Below are positions 39,010 through 49,912 of a stretch of 64,000 nt of DNA, piece after piece (positions within the stretch are counted from its first letter, which is position 1; each line of letters opens with the position of its first letter). This stretch comes from Opitutales bacterium (GTDB lineage: Bacteria; Verrucomicrobiota; Verrucomicrobiia; Opitutales; UBA953): the NCBI GenBank assembly GCA_040398005.1, contig JBBAUX010000001.1:245275-309274 (forward strand). Reading direction: 5' to 3'. The notes under the pieces were generated by a model. That model had not been told where the DNA came from. It saw nothing but the letters and a program-made list of their open reading frames with translations, and did not search any database. The translations under genes were made by a program, and so were the position numbers.

Positions 39010-40188
39010 ATGGATGAATCTGGTCGATTCGTGGCGCGCCATGTAGCGTCACTTCCCAAATCCGGTATCCGAGATTTCTTCGCGATTGTGTCTAAAATGA
39101 AAGACGCCGTCTCACTCGGTATTGGTGAACCAGATTTCATTACGCCTTTTCACGTCCGTGAAGCGGCCATGGCTGCGTTAGAAAAAGGTCGCACCTCTTA
39201 CACAGATAATCGCGGCACTCTTCAGTTGCGTGAAGAGATTTCACGTTACGTCGAAAAATACTACGGCCCAACCTATAATCCTGAAAGTGAAATCTTGGTT
39301 ACGGTCGGCGTTTCCGAAGCTCTCGATATTATGCTTCGCGCCACCCTCAATCCAGGCGACAAAGTGCTCTATCACGAACCTTGCTACGTTTCCTATGCGC
39401 CGAGCGTTACGCTTTGTCACGCTACCCCGATTCCGATTAAAACTACAGCGAAAGATCAATTCGCTCTCGATCCAGCTGCTCTACGGGCTGCTTGGGAACC
39501 TGGTTGCAAAATTTTAATTCTGAATTTTCCAACGAATCCCACCGGCGGAACTGCTGACCGTAAGAAGCTGGAAGAGATTGCGAAATTCGCGATTGAGAAA
39601 GATCTGCTCGTGGCGTCCGACGAAATTTATTCGGAACTCACTTTCGAAGGCGATCACGTCTCCATCGCTTCGTTGCCGGGTATGCGCGAACGCACCGTCT
39701 TTTTACATGGATTCTCCAAAGCTTTTGCGATGACTGGTTTTCGTATCGGTTACGCTTGTGGCCCTGCTTCGGTCATCGATGGCATGCTCAAAGTGCATCA
39801 ATACAGCATCATGTGCGCTCCGATCATCAGCCAAGAAGCTGCCGTCGAAGCTTTGCGTAATGGCCGCGACTCCATGTTGCACATGCGTGAAAAATATCGT
39901 GAACGTCGTGACTTCATTGTCCGTCGCTTTAATGAATTAGGCTTAAAATGCCACTTACCACGCGGCGCTTTCTACGCTTTTCCTGACATCACCAGCACGG
40001 GATTAGATTCGATGACCTTTGCCTCCAAACTTCTGGAAGCACAAAAGGTGGCGATGGTGCCAGGAACGGCTTTCGGCGAAGCAGGCGCAGGTTTCTGTCG
40101 TGCCTCCTTCTCGACGAGTTATGAGCGTATTCACGAAGCGAGCGAACGGATTGCACGCTTCTTGGATACCTTGCCTAGTCGAAAGTAA
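39010..40188 (+). CDS. Class I/II PLP aminotransferase
   Basis: LGIGEPDF, NFPTNPTG, DEIY, GFSKAFAMTGFRIG. Confidence 0.95.
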   Translation: MDESGRFVARHVASLPKSGIRDFFAIVSKMKDAVSLGIGEPDFITPFHVREAAMAALEKGRTSYTDNRGTLQLREEISRYVEKYYGPTYNPESEILVTVGVSEALDIMLRATLNPGDKVLYHEPCYVSYAPSVTLCHATPIPIKTTAKDQFALDPAALRAAWEPGCKILILNFPTNPTGGTADRKKLEEIAKFAIEKDLLVASDEIYSELTFEGDHVSIASLPGMRERTVFLHGFSKAFAMTGFRIGYACGPASVIDGMLKVHQYSIMCAPIISQEAAVEALRNGRDSMLHMREKYRERRDFIVRRFNELGLKCHLPRGAFYAFPDITSTGLDSMTFASKLLEAQKVAMVPGTAFGEAGAGFCRASFSTSYERIHEASERIARFLDTLPSRK

Positions 40189-40233
40189 GCATCCTCGCTT
40201 GCTAACGGCTCGTAACACTTCGATTGTACAACG

Positions 40234-41883
40234 ATGGAACGGAATACAGAATTATCTCGAGCAGTTGCGATTGTGGGCCGTCCCAACGTCGGTAAAAGTC
40301 GTCTGTTTAACGCGCTCGTTGGTCGACGTATTTCTATCGTGCATGACCAACCTGGAGTGACGCGCGATTTAATCACCACTGAAATTTCGGAAGGTCGCTA
40401 CACTTTGATGGATACGGGTGGTATTGGTTTATATAAAGCTAACCTCACACCTAAAGTCATCGCGGAGGCCGTGGAGGAGCAGGTCGATTTCGCCCTCGCG
40501 GCTGCGAGTTTAGTTTTATTAGTCGTCGATATTACGGAAGGTTGCGCGCCGCTGGATATCGAAGTCGCTGCCAAATTACGTCAGGCCGGTAAAAATGTCA
40601 TCATCATTGCGAACAAGGCAGACACTCCCGAACGCGAAGTAAACATCGATGATTTTTATACTCTGGGCTTTGGTGATCCTCTTTTAATTTCGGCCGAACA
40701 TGGTCGCGGTATTCCTCAATTAAGAACTCTGATTCTTAAAAAGATTGGACCAGCGCCAGTTACGCCCAGCACGGAAACTTCTCACCCTATTCGTTTAGCT
40801 TTAGCCGGTCGCCCCAACGTGGGTAAGAGTTCCATGGGCAATCGTCTCATGGGCAGCGCGCGTCTAATCGTGAGCGAGATTGCTGGTACCACGCGCGATC
40901 CCGTGCGTTCACGTTTGATGCGTGTTAAATCCGATGGATCCAAAACGGAATTTGCCTTGGTTGATACGGCCGGACGCCGCACCGCCAACAAACGCGATAC
41001 TTTAGATTTCTTTTCGCAAGTTCGTTCCGATGAAATTTTAGCGGACACCGATGTTGTATTTTTAGTATTAGATGCCCAACAGGGTGTCACGCGCATCGAT
41101 AAACAGCTGGCGGGTGAACTGGCTTTGATTGGCTGTGGTATCGTGGTCGTGGTTAATAAATGGGATTTAGCGAAGGCCGCTTTCCGGGCCGATGCGATCA
41201 GTGGGTATGATGACGAAGAAGAGTTTCGTTCCAAATTCCGCACTGCTGTTCGTCGGGAACTTTTCTTTTTACCGGATTCACCTATTTTATTCGTATCGGC
41301 CAAAACGGGTCTCCGTGCAGAAGATCTTTTAGATGCTGCCGAAGGCGTATTTATTCGGGCGGGGGCAACAATCCCTACGGGTAAGATTAATCGTATCATT
41401 CAAGATCTCATGATCAAACGCCCACCACGCATGGTGTCGGGTCGTCGTTTCAAATGTTATTATGTGACGCAAGTTTCCAAACGTCCGATTCGTTTTAGAT
41501 TATTCTGTAATTCGGAAGAGAGATTAGAAGAAGCTTATCAGCGTTATCTCGTTAAGGGCGTGCATGAGAATTTCGATTTATCAGGTGTTCCTGTCTTCCT
41601 TGATGTGGTGGGCAAACCTAAGCAGGAAGGTCGTAAGTATTTCGCACCACCAGGTGCCCGTCCTGATTCCGCTTCTGGCTCCAGCGAATCCACTCCGCGA
41701 CATATTGAGAAGCCCAGTGCGTTAAGTTCTGGCCCTCGCTTAGGTAAGGCGAAGTCGGGCAGCAAGCCACGCACGGGTAAGCCCGGCAGTAAGCCTGGCA
41801 GCAAGTCGGGCAAGAAAGCTTTTACGCGTTGGGATAAGCCTCGTTCGCTTAAAGGTCGTGCTGCTCGCCAAGCACGAAAATAA
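40234..41883 (+). CDS. der: Ribosome biogenesis GTPase Der/EngA with a long basic C-terminal tail
   Basis: Two GRPNVGKS P-loops, DTGG/DTAG, NKAD/NKWD, KH-like domain. Confidence 0.96.
   Translation: MERNTELSRAVAIVGRPNVGKSRLFNALVGRRISIVHDQPGVTRDLITTEISEGRYTLMDTGGIGLYKANLTPKVIAEAVEEQVDFALAAASLVLLVVDITEGCAPLDIEVAAKLRQAGKNVIIIANKADTPEREVNIDDFYTLGFGDPLLISAEHGRGIPQLRTLILKKIGPAPVTPSTETSHPIRLALAGRPNVGKSSMGNRLMGSARLIVSEIAGTTRDPVRSRLMRVKSDGSKTEFALVDTAGRRTANKRDTLDFFSQVRSDEILADTDVVFLVLDAQQGVTRIDKQLAGELALIGCGIVVVVNKWDLAKAAFRADAISGYDDEEEFRSKFRTAVRRELFFLPDSPILFVSAKTGLRAEDLLDAAEGVFIRAGATIPTGKINRIIQDLMIKRPPRMVSGRRFKCYYVTQVSKRPIRFRLFCNSEERLEEAYQRYLVKGVHENFDLSGVPVFLDVVGKPKQEGRKYFAPPGARPDSASGSSESTPRHIEKPSALSSGPRLGKAKSGSKPRTGKPGSKPGSKSGKKAFTRWDKPRSLKGRAARQARK
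41743..41817 (+). repeat. Degenerate in-frame coding repeats (GSKP/GKP/GSKS) in the Der tail
   Basis: GGCAGCAAGCCA, GGCAGTAAGCCT, GGCAGCAAGTCG units. Confidence 0.65.
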
Positions 41884-41897
41884 AACTTTAATTAACC

Positions 41898-42911
41898 ATG
41901 TCGGTCGCACCTTCCCAGTCACGATTCCGGATTATTCTGCTTGGTTCAGATGAAATTGCGCTTCCGTTATTTGCGTCCGTGTATGCCTCCAAAACTATTG
42001 AAGTAGTCGCCGTTTATACTCAACCCGATCGACCCGCTGGGCGCGGTCAGGAAATTAAATCTAATCCGGTGGCATTATGGGCTAAAGAAAACGGATTAAA
42101 ATTATTACAGCCCGAACGACTTGCGGAAATCGACGCTCAACAACTGAAGGATTTAAACGTCGATATGGGCGTGGTCATGGCCTACGGACAAATACTGAAA
42201 GATGATTTTTTAGCGGCGACCCGTTTAGGTTTTATCAATTTCCATGGTTCACTTTTACCCGCATTAAGAGGGGCGACACCGGTTGAGTCAGCTTTAGCGC
42301 TGGGGTTTAAATCCACCGGAATTTCGATTCAACACGTCGTCAAAAAATTAGACGCTGGTCCGCTCTATGCTTCGAGTGAATTGACGATTTTACCGGATGA
42401 GGGCAGGGCTGCGTTACGTCAGCGCTTGGGCGAAACGGCGGCGGAACTTTCTCATAATTTTTTAGATAAAATTCTTAATCAACAAATCAAACCTCAGCCA
42501 CAGGCCGAATCATTAGTGACTTATACTCGCCGATTGGATCGCCCAGATGCTTCATTAGATTTCAACACCCCTGCTGCAGAAATCGTAGGCCGGGTGCGTG
42601 CTTTGGAAGGCTGGCCCGGTTCGACCTTTCCACTCGGAGATTTAATCGTCAAAGTGGGTTCGGCTTTCTTCTTAGACGAAGAACACAATCTGAATCCTGG
42701 AACGGTTGCCTTGGCTGATAAACACGGTTTGAAAGTCGCGTGCGGAAATGGATTTTGTTTATTCACGACTTTGCAACGTCCCGGTGGAAGAATGTTACCC
42801 GTGGGTGAGTTTTTGGCTGGTTGTCTGATTACCCAAGGCACCGTGATAGAGTCGCGCTCCATGCCGCCTTTGGTTTCGTCGCAGCCATTTCCGAGAGTAA
42901 AGAAGTCTTAA
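41898..42911 (+). CDS. fmt: Methionyl-tRNA formyltransferase
   Basis: VYTQPDRPAGRG, MAYGQIL, NFHGSLLPALRGATP, LDAG. Confidence 0.96.
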   Translation: MSVAPSQSRFRIILLGSDEIALPLFASVYASKTIEVVAVYTQPDRPAGRGQEIKSNPVALWAKENGLKLLQPERLAEIDAQQLKDLNVDMGVVMAYGQILKDDFLAATRLGFINFHGSLLPALRGATPVESALALGFKSTGISIQHVVKKLDAGPLYASSELTILPDEGRAALRQRLGETAAELSHNFLDKILNQQIKPQPQAESLVTYTRRLDRPDASLDFNTPAAEIVGRVRALEGWPGSTFPLGDLIVKVGSAFFLDEEHNLNPGTVALADKHGLKVACGNGFCLFTTLQRPGGRMLPVGEFLAGCLITQGTVIESRSMPPLVSSQPFPRVKKS

Positions 42912-42949
42912 TCGCTTGATTTGCTGGCTCGCCTGAGGTGTCATAGCAC

Positions 42950-45028
42950 ATGCGTGCGAGGTATCTACTTGGGTTGCTGTCGCTAAGCCTTTTGGCTCAG
43001 CAGAAGGATATTCGCTTTGAACAAGTGGGTGGTGGTTCGCTGTCCGGATATACGGAAGATGAAAAAGCTGAGAAGGCGTGGGAGATGAATGCCAAAGTGA
43101 TGAAGCCCACTGAAGATTCTGGAAAGTGGGACATGCAGGAATTAACGGGACGAACTTTTCAATCGGGAAAACCATCCATCAGTTTTAGTAGTCCAAATGG
43201 CGTGGTCGATCCCACCAAGCGAATCGCTGAGGGTAAAGAGTTATTCAAGGCCTTCTCGAGCACGTTTAATTTAGCGGGTATCGGCTGGACTTGGAAGGGC
43301 ACGAGCACCGGCGATACGTTTTCGATTTTAGAAGATGTGGTCGCTGAGCTTGATTTAACAAAACCCAAAGAAAAAAGATTTTCGGTAAAGGCCCAGAGAT
43401 TAGATGTGACACCGACGAGCGAGGGTACGCAATTAACCTTCTCGGGTGGCGTTTCCTTTACCCGTCAAGGTGAACAAATTATCTGCGAAGCGATTGATTG
43501 CATTTTAGATGACTCAGGAGTGGGTGATAAAAATTGTAAGATTATCAAAGCACGTGGACAGGTGGTGCGCACCTATCTCGACCAAACTATTAAAGGGGAC
43601 TCGGTCGTTTATTTCCCCAAAACCGATCAGTTAAATGTCGCCGGAAATGTTAAACTCTCTGAACCAACACTGAACATTACTTCAGATACTTTGGCGTATG
43701 ATGGCCGTACGGGTATTACATTATTACAGGCGACCACCGAGCCAACGGTTGCGGTGAAAGCACTACGTAAGGATAAGTCGATGATGGAGCTGACGGGTCG
43801 GGCTGGTCGCATCGAACGCAATCTTAAATCTGGATTACAAACCTTGGTGATGGATGGTCAGGCTAATTTTATTTCCGAACAGGGAATGCTTAATTCTCAA
43901 AAAATTTCTGTCAAAGAACTCAGCGAGGGTGGGAGTATCTTGATTGCGGATGGGTCAGTCCGCGGATTGGTTCAAGAAACTTCATTCAATGCCGAGCACG
44001 CGCGATGGGTCCAAGTGAAGGGTCAGTTGGAACTCTCGGGTAAACCTAATTTAGTCGATAAGCGTGGAATAGATTTAATGGGTGCGCAGATTTTTTCCGA
44101 TTCATTACTGCAGCAGGTTATCGTAAAGTCAGATGCGACCACTCGGGCTACGATTAAATTCCGGTCGGAGTCGGTGGCAGCTGAAGGTGGCAAGGCCGAG
44201 GCTAATCAAATTCTTATTTCTAATTCAGGCACGTCCGCTGAAGTGGATTTAACCGGTGCGGTGAAGTACTCGATGGATAAGATGACCACCGAGTCGGATC
44301 GCTTAGTCGCTTATTCTTTACCCCGTACCGCCCAAACCAAGAGTGGCGTATTTGATCTCCAAAAATTGATACTGACAGGCAAAGTACGATTTGCGCAGCC
44401 GGGATTAAGGGCCACGTCGGAGCGGGCAGATTTCCGCCCCAACATCGAAGTGCAGGAGATCATGGTGGATGATAGTCTTAAGGGTAAGGTTGAATTGCTG
44501 ACTCTGGGTGGCGGTACTGGGGCGACCCGGCCTAAACTTTTCTTAGAAATGGAAAACGCGAAAGTCTCCGAGTTCACCGCGGATGCTCAAGAGATTTTAA
44601 GTTCTAAAGAATTAACTAAAATATTTTTACGTGGCTCGGTCGCCATGCAAAGTCCTAACGCCAATGCCACTTGCGACCTCTTGGAAGGTTTGGCTCGTCC
44701 GGATAAGGCAGGAAATCGCTCGCCTGAGTTAATCGTGGGCCGTGGTAATGTGACGGTGAAGGCCGATGAAACCACGGCCGTCGGTCGCACGATGGAAATT
44801 AATCCCAACACCGGGGAAGCTCGTTTGTTTGGAGATGCGCGGGTCCGTGATCGTGACGGCCACGAAGGTGTTCCCGCTCATTCGATTGTTTACGATTACA
44901 CCAAGCGGGTTTGGAGAATGGACCAAGTGGTTAATCCGCAGAACCCCAAACAAGTGATCCGACCCAAAATCATCTTAGGGCCGGAGTTTTTCCTTCCGCA
45001 GGTCAAAACGCTCGACAAGGCCCAATAA
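42950..45028 (+). CDS. Large LptC/LptA (OstA)-like beta-jellyroll protein
   Basis: Directly upstream of lptB; beta-rich with recurring FSGGV, VAGNV, LSGKP, LTGAV, LTGKV, LRGSV, GRGNV, LFGDA rungs. Confidence 0.75.
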   Translation: MRARYLLGLLSLSLLAQQKDIRFEQVGGGSLSGYTEDEKAEKAWEMNAKVMKPTEDSGKWDMQELTGRTFQSGKPSISFSSPNGVVDPTKRIAEGKELFKAFSSTFNLAGIGWTWKGTSTGDTFSILEDVVAELDLTKPKEKRFSVKAQRLDVTPTSEGTQLTFSGGVSFTRQGEQIICEAIDCILDDSGVGDKNCKIIKARGQVVRTYLDQTIKGDSVVYFPKTDQLNVAGNVKLSEPTLNITSDTLAYDGRTGITLLQATTEPTVAVKALRKDKSMMELTGRAGRIERNLKSGLQTLVMDGQANFISEQGMLNSQKISVKELSEGGSILIADGSVRGLVQETSFNAEHARWVQVKGQLELSGKPNLVDKRGIDLMGAQIFSDSLLQQVIVKSDATTRATIKFRSESVAAEGGKAEANQILISNSGTSAEVDLTGAVKYSMDKMTTESDRLVAYSLPRTAQTKSGVFDLQKLILTGKVRFAQPGLRATSERADFRPNIEVQEIMVDDSLKGKVELLTLGGGTGATRPKLFLEMENAKVSEFTADAQEILSSKELTKIFLRGSVAMQSPNANATCDLLEGLARPDKAGNRSPELIVGRGNVTVKADETTAVGRTMEINPNTGEARLFGDARVRDRDGHEGVPAHSIVYDYTKRVWRMDQVVNPQNPKQVIRPKIILGPEFFLPQVKTLDKAQ

Positions 45029-45046
45029 CAACTTCCTCATCACACT

Positions 45047-45787
45047 ATGGTTGCCTCTAACGATAAGTCTCTCGTTCGCGCGCAAGTTCTGGCTAAACAC
45101 TACGGTCAGGCCGTTGCGGTTAAAAATGTAAGTCTCGATTTATATGCTGGAGAGATTGTCGGTTTACTTGGACCTAATGGCGCCGGCAAAACGACGAGCT
45201 TCTACATGATGGTGGGTTTAATTCCTGCCACGTCAGGAAATGTATTTATCGACGGCGTTGACGTCACAGCGATGCCGATGTGGAAGCGTGCAAAAAATGG
45301 TATCGGTTATCTGCCCCAAGAATCTTCCATCTTTCGAAAACTTTCGGTCTGGGATAATGTCTTGGCGGTCGTCGAAACTCTGAAATTATCTTCGCGTGAA
45401 GCACAAGCTCGTACCGCCCAACAACTGACTGACTTAGGCTTAGAACGCCTGGCTCGCCAGCCCGCCTTCACCCTTTCTGGCGGTGAGCGACGCCGCCTAG
45501 AAATTGCCCGAGCCCTAGCCACCAATCCTCGATTCCTTTTAATGGATGAGCCGTTTAGCGGGGTGGATCCTATTTCGGTCGCGGAGGTCCAGTCCATCAT
45601 TCGCCGCCTTAAAGACAAGGGTATCGGCGTGCTTATTACCGACCATAATGTTCGGGAAACGCTTTCTATTGTCGACCGTGCCTACTTGATTCACCAAGGA
45701 CAAGTGCTTGTCTCCGGCACGGCACAGGATATAGTTAATAATCCTGAAAGTCGTCGATATTATCTCGGCGAAAGTTTTAAACTATAA
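45047..45787 (+). CDS. lptB: LPS export ABC ATPase
   Basis: [49 protein letters not shown]. Confidence 0.97.
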   Translation: MVASNDKSLVRAQVLAKHYGQAVAVKNVSLDLYAGEIVGLLGPNGAGKTTSFYMMVGLIPATSGNVFIDGVDVTAMPMWKRAKNGIGYLPQESSIFRKLSVWDNVLAVVETLKLSSREAQARTAQQLTDLGLERLARQPAFTLSGGERRRLEIARALATNPRFLLMDEPFSGVDPISVAEVQSIIRRLKDKGIGVLITDHNVRETLSIVDRAYLIHQGQVLVSGTAQDIVNNPESRRYYLGESFKL

Positions 45788-45794
45788 TTATAAT

Positions 45795-46769
45795 ATGCCT
45801 GCTGACGCACCAGAAACTCGCCCCGAATCCGTCTTGGTGAGTGAATTTTTCAACACCTACCGCGACATGTTGCAAATGGAACTCATCGCGGGTGCGGAGG
45901 GTTTGGATAATGTGATTTCCGAAAAATCGATTAATCGTCCAGCCTTAGCCGTGACCGGATATTTTAAAGAGTTTGCCCATCGTCGTTTACAGCTTCTCGG
46001 TGCAGGTGAAATGGCCTATCTCATGGATCAAGAGCACGATGTACGTTTGCGTTTAATGGAAGCGGTTTTCAGTAAACAAATTCCTGCGATAGTTGTCTCC
46101 CGTGGCCTGCCAGTGGATGAGTCCATTAAAGCACTCGCCGATAAACACCGCGTGCCGATTATCCGCACGCAATTGAAGTCGAAAGATTTTTCCGCTGAAG
46201 CGACGGTCTTGCTCGAAGAAAAATTTGCCCCGCGTACCAATTTACACGCGACGTTAGTCGACATTAAAGGGGTCGGCGTTTTATTACGCGGCGCTTCCGG
46301 AGTAGGTAAGAGCGAATGTGCACTCGCTTTGATCGAGCGTGGTCACTCGCTAGTCGCCGATGATTTTGTTCTGGTTAATTTAATTGGCGATCGTGACTTA
46401 CAGGGCTCCTCCAAGGAGCTCAACCGTGGCTACATGGAATGTCGCGGTATTGGTATTATTAATATCGCATCCATCTTTGGTATTCGCTCCGTCCGTCGCG
46501 ATAAACGTATCGACCTCGTCATCACCTTCGTCATTTGGCAGGCAGGGATGGACGAAGAACGCTCGGGCTTAGATGTCGATAGCTACACCATTTTAGGCCG
46601 TAAAGTGCCGCACATGACCATTCCAGTGCGTCCGGGTCGAGATATGGCTCGTCTGGTTGAAGTCGCCGCCATGGTGCATGCCCTGCGCAGTATGGGACAC
46701 GACTCAGCGAAAGAGTTTAGCGACCGATTGATTCAGTTTATGAATCGCGGCGACGACAAGAAAGTTTAG
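45795..46769 (+). CDS. hprK: HPr kinase/phosphorylase
   Basis: [34 protein letters not shown]. Confidence 0.96.
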   Translation: MPADAPETRPESVLVSEFFNTYRDMLQMELIAGAEGLDNVISEKSINRPALAVTGYFKEFAHRRLQLLGAGEMAYLMDQEHDVRLRLMEAVFSKQIPAIVVSRGLPVDESIKALADKHRVPIIRTQLKSKDFSAEATVLLEEKFAPRTNLHATLVDIKGVGVLLRGASGVGKSECALALIERGHSLVADDFVLVNLIGDRDLQGSSKELNRGYMECRGIGIINIASIFGIRSVRRDKRIDLVITFVIWQAGMDEERSGLDVDSYTILGRKVPHMTIPVRPGRDMARLVEVAAMVHALRSMGHDSAKEFSDRLIQFMNRGDDKKV

Positions 46770-47413
46770 TTGTGCGATCCGTCCCAGCGACAGTCGCCCA
46801 TAATTCTTAAACAAATTTCTCGTAAGTCGAAGAGGGTATTTTCCATATCGCTGACCGGCTCGGCTGAACTGAGTCTCGCCGCCAAAGGAATATCTACTAC
46901 TTTGCCCATGGCGCGATTGATGGCCGAAAGGGATCGCTTCATATGCACGAGAGCCAACTGCATATCGCCCGTGTCCGTGGCATTGATGGCCATGAGCACT
47001 TGATGATGGATTTCGGCGAAGGCTTGTCCGAGATGTGAAGCTTCTAACGCCGTTAAATTCGCACCGGCATTTTGACACAAGGTATCGAGCGAGCGATTGA
47101 GTTGAATGATGAGTGCCCGCGAGACGATGTAGATAGGATGCTGATGAACGCAGTAGGGCATATCGAGCGACTCGTTATCATCATCCAAGTCATCATCACT
47201 ATTATCACCTGGACCCCAGTCCGCATTCTCCCAGCCCATGCGACGTGCGCTGACGTCGAGCCGATCGGGTAGGTTTTTAATTTCTGTATAATAACTTAAA
47301 AAACGAGCCACCTCTTGGTCGTTCTTTTGAAGATATTTCGACCAATTGGCCTCATTCCAAGAGGCATTGCCTGAACCATCGAATTCACCCTGAGGTTGGT
47401 CCGCATCGTGCAT
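46766..47413 (-). CDS. Hypothetical protein (Trp-rich N-terminus, acidic loop, helical bundle)
   Basis: Long ORF filling the hprK-trpD gap; promoter-like TTGCAT...AATAAT supports start 47413. Confidence 0.75.
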   Translation of the reverse strand: MHDADQPQGEFDGSGNASWNEANWSKYLQKNDQEVARFLSYYTEIKNLPDRLDVSARRMGWENADWGPGDNSDDDLDDDNESLDMPYCVHQHPIYIVSRALIIQLNRSLDTLCQNAGANLTALEASHLGQAFAEIHHQVLMAINATDTGDMQLALVHMKRSLSAINRAMGKVVDIPLAARLSSAEPVSDMENTLFDLREICLRIMGDCRWDGSHN

Positions 47414-47492
47414 ACAAACATTATTACCTAAAATCTTGTAGATGCAACCCCTACTCGTAGAAATTACACACCGAGGTAATTTCACCAAATTT

Positions 47493-48533
47493 ATGAATGA
47501 ACTGAGCCAGTTTACAATGTCTTTGCTCGCCCGTCAGTCCTTGACGAAGGCTCAAGCCAGTGTGGCTGCAGGCTTAATGGCTTCACCCGAAATTTCTGAC
47601 GATTTGAAGGAATCGTTTCTCATCGCGTTAGCACAAAAAGGAGAAACCGCCGAAGAGGTTGCGGGCTTCGCCTACACTTATCGTCAGCTCGCTCGTAAAA
47701 TCGATTTCGGAAATACGCCAGCGCGGGCTATTGATATCGTCGGTACGGGCGGCGATCGTTCGGGGAGTTTTAATATTTCATCTGCCTCAGCTCTCATCGT
47801 CGCCGCCGCTGGTGTGCCGGTGATTAAACACGGCAACCGTTCCATCACTTCTAAATCAGGCAGTGCCGATTTCTTAGTGGGCCTGGGAGTGCAACTCGAT
47901 GCGACTGATGCGAAATTAAATCACGCTCTTAAAGAAGCGAAATTTTGTTATCTTTTCGCTCCGGCTTTCCATTCAGCATTTAAATCGATTCTCAGCGTTC
48001 GAAAGAAAATCGCTGAACGTGGCGAAAAAACTATTTTTAATATTTTAGGTCCACTGATTAATCCTGCCCAACCAGCCTACATGTTAGTCGGTGTTTACGA
48101 TCAGCGCTGGGTTGAGCCAATGGCCTTAGCCTTGCACGACCTGGGCGTAAAACGTGGCTTGGTGGTGCATGGCCAAGTAGGCGAGGGGATGGACGAAGTC
48201 ACGACCGCCGGCTCGACCATCGTGCGTGGTTGTGGTGAACTTCTTCATGTGGACGCCATCTGGTTGCCTGGAGACTTTGGTTTTAACCAAGCTCCTAGCA
48301 ACGATTTAAAAGGCGGCACGCCCGAAGAGAACCTCGTTACGTTCAGTGATTTATTGGTCGGCGGAGTTGAGGAAGGTCTGCTCGATACTCTATGCCTCAG
48401 CGCTGGTACCGCATTATGGGTTGCGAACAAAGTAAAAGATCCAGCCGAAGGTGCGAAGCTCGCCCGTGATATCATCCTCAACGGAACGTTGCGTGAGGAA
48501 GTGCGTCGACTGCGTGAAGCGTATCGCGACTAA
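47493..48533 (+). CDS. trpD: Anthranilate phosphoribosyltransferase
   Basis: DIVGTGGD, FNISS, KHGNRS, GSAD, FNILGPLINP, GMDE. Confidence 0.97.
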   Translation: MNELSQFTMSLLARQSLTKAQASVAAGLMASPEISDDLKESFLIALAQKGETAEEVAGFAYTYRQLARKIDFGNTPARAIDIVGTGGDRSGSFNISSASALIVAAAGVPVIKHGNRSITSKSGSADFLVGLGVQLDATDAKLNHALKEAKFCYLFAPAFHSAFKSILSVRKKIAERGEKTIFNILGPLINPAQPAYMLVGVYDQRWVEPMALALHDLGVKRGLVVHGQVGEGMDEVTTAGSTIVRGCGELLHVDAIWLPGDFGFNQAPSNDLKGGTPEENLVTFSDLLVGGVEEGLLDTLCLSAGTALWVANKVKDPAEGAKLARDIILNGTLREEVRRLREAYRD

Positions 48534-49816
48534 CTGAGTAACTTATGCAAAGTGCGTTCAGTCGCACCTTGATTACTCTTATGCCATGCCACGCCCGCGG
48601 CAGATTTTTTCGTGAGGGAATTTCGATCACGCGCTAAGGCTAAAATTTCCTTCAGCACTTCTTCGGCGTCGGCGCATTTAACAGCCGCACCGTTTTTTTC
48701 TAATCCCTGACAAATTGATTTAAAGTTCGTCATATGTGGACCGTAGATAACGGGTACGCCAGCGGCCGCACATTCGATGGGCGTTTGTCCACCATCATGC
48801 GGAGGAAGACTTTTACCGGTAAAAGCTAAATCGGCAGCACGGGTGAGTTGACGCAGTTCGCCCGTGGTATCGCCGAAATGTATGATAGTGCCTTCAGGGG
48901 CTTGTGGTCCCTTAATGGAACGTTGGTGGTAGTTTAAGCCGGAGCTTTCTAATAATTTAAGAACTGAGTCGCGACGTTCGGCATGGCGTGGGACTAATAA
49001 AAGTCGGGCATCAACCCCAGTATCACGCAAGTTCTTCAATGCTTTTAGTAAAACCGCTTCTTCGCCATCCCAGGTGGATGAACCCAGTAATACCATAGTT
49101 TCGGGTGAATTCCCAAAGCCTAATTCAGAGCGTAATTTATTTTTATCGGAAGCGGATAAAGGTCCATCCGCACTCACATCGAATTTTAAGTTGCCCGTGA
49201 CTTCGATTTGGTTTTCACGATCACAGATTGTTTTTAAACGTCTTGCGTCTTCTTCGCTTCCCGCACCAATCCAAGAAAATTGTTCAAAAAGATTTTTTGT
49301 AATCCATTTAAATTTCTGGTGACGAGCGAATGACTTATCCGACAGACGTGCATTAATCAAATACGCCGGGATGTGACGATTTTTAGCTTGGTGTAAATGT
49401 TCGGGCCAAAGTTCGCCTTCGGCTAAAATAATTTTATCGGGTGCAATGCGCGACCACGCGATTCGGCTGAATGGCCAAAAATCCAGTGGGAAGAATCCGA
49501 TACCGATACAGAGATCTTTATATTTATCCTGGGCGATGCGATAGCCCGTACTCGTCGTCGTGGTGAGAACGACTTCGGTTTGACCGGATGCTTTGAGTTT
49601 TTGGAGGAGGGGGCCGATGGCTTCAATTTCACCTACCGAGACGGCTTGTATCCAAATTCGACGTCGGCCCAAAGCATTCGAGGGTAGGGCGGGAAAGAGT
49701 CCAAAACGCTGGATAAACCCTTCACTGTACCCTCCACGACGTAACATTCTCCAGATATAATAGGGGGATGCTAGAATCAGCAGGGGAATGAAAATTATGC
49801 GGTAAAACCAAATCAT
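48530..49816 (-). CDS. waaA: Kdo transferase
   Basis: WIQAVSVGE, EGELWP, NARLS, TGNLKFD, VPRHAER, DTTGEL, GGQTPIE. Confidence 0.96.
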   Translation of the reverse strand: MIWFYRIIFIPLLILASPYYIWRMLRRGGYSEGFIQRFGLFPALPSNALGRRRIWIQAVSVGEIEAIGPLLQKLKASGQTEVVLTTTTSTGYRIAQDKYKDLCIGIGFFPLDFWPFSRIAWSRIAPDKIILAEGELWPEHLHQAKNRHIPAYLINARLSDKSFARHQKFKWITKNLFEQFSWIGAGSEEDARRLKTICDRENQIEVTGNLKFDVSADGPLSASDKNKLRSELGFGNSPETMVLLGSSTWDGEEAVLLKALKNLRDTGVDARLLLVPRHAERRDSVLKLLESSGLNYHQRSIKGPQAPEGTIIHFGDTTGELRQLTRAADLAFTGKSLPPHDGGQTPIECAAAGVPVIYGPHMTNFKSICQGLEKNGAAVKCADAEEVLKEILALARDRNSLTKKSAAGVAWHKSNQGATERTLHKLLS

Positions 49817-49912
49817 AACGAGAACGCGCTATCTATTGTTGAATAGATTAAGAAAGTCAGCCCTTTTTCCCTTGCCAGAGAGGGTAAGGATTGTTTGAAA
49901 CCACTTTCCACC

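Noticed and set aside
40782..41399. Long antisense or alternate-frame ORFs (e.g. 40782..41399, 23281..23796, 19493..19960, 57026..57487, 8827..9252)
   Set aside because: They shadow well-supported genes and show no recognisable motifs.
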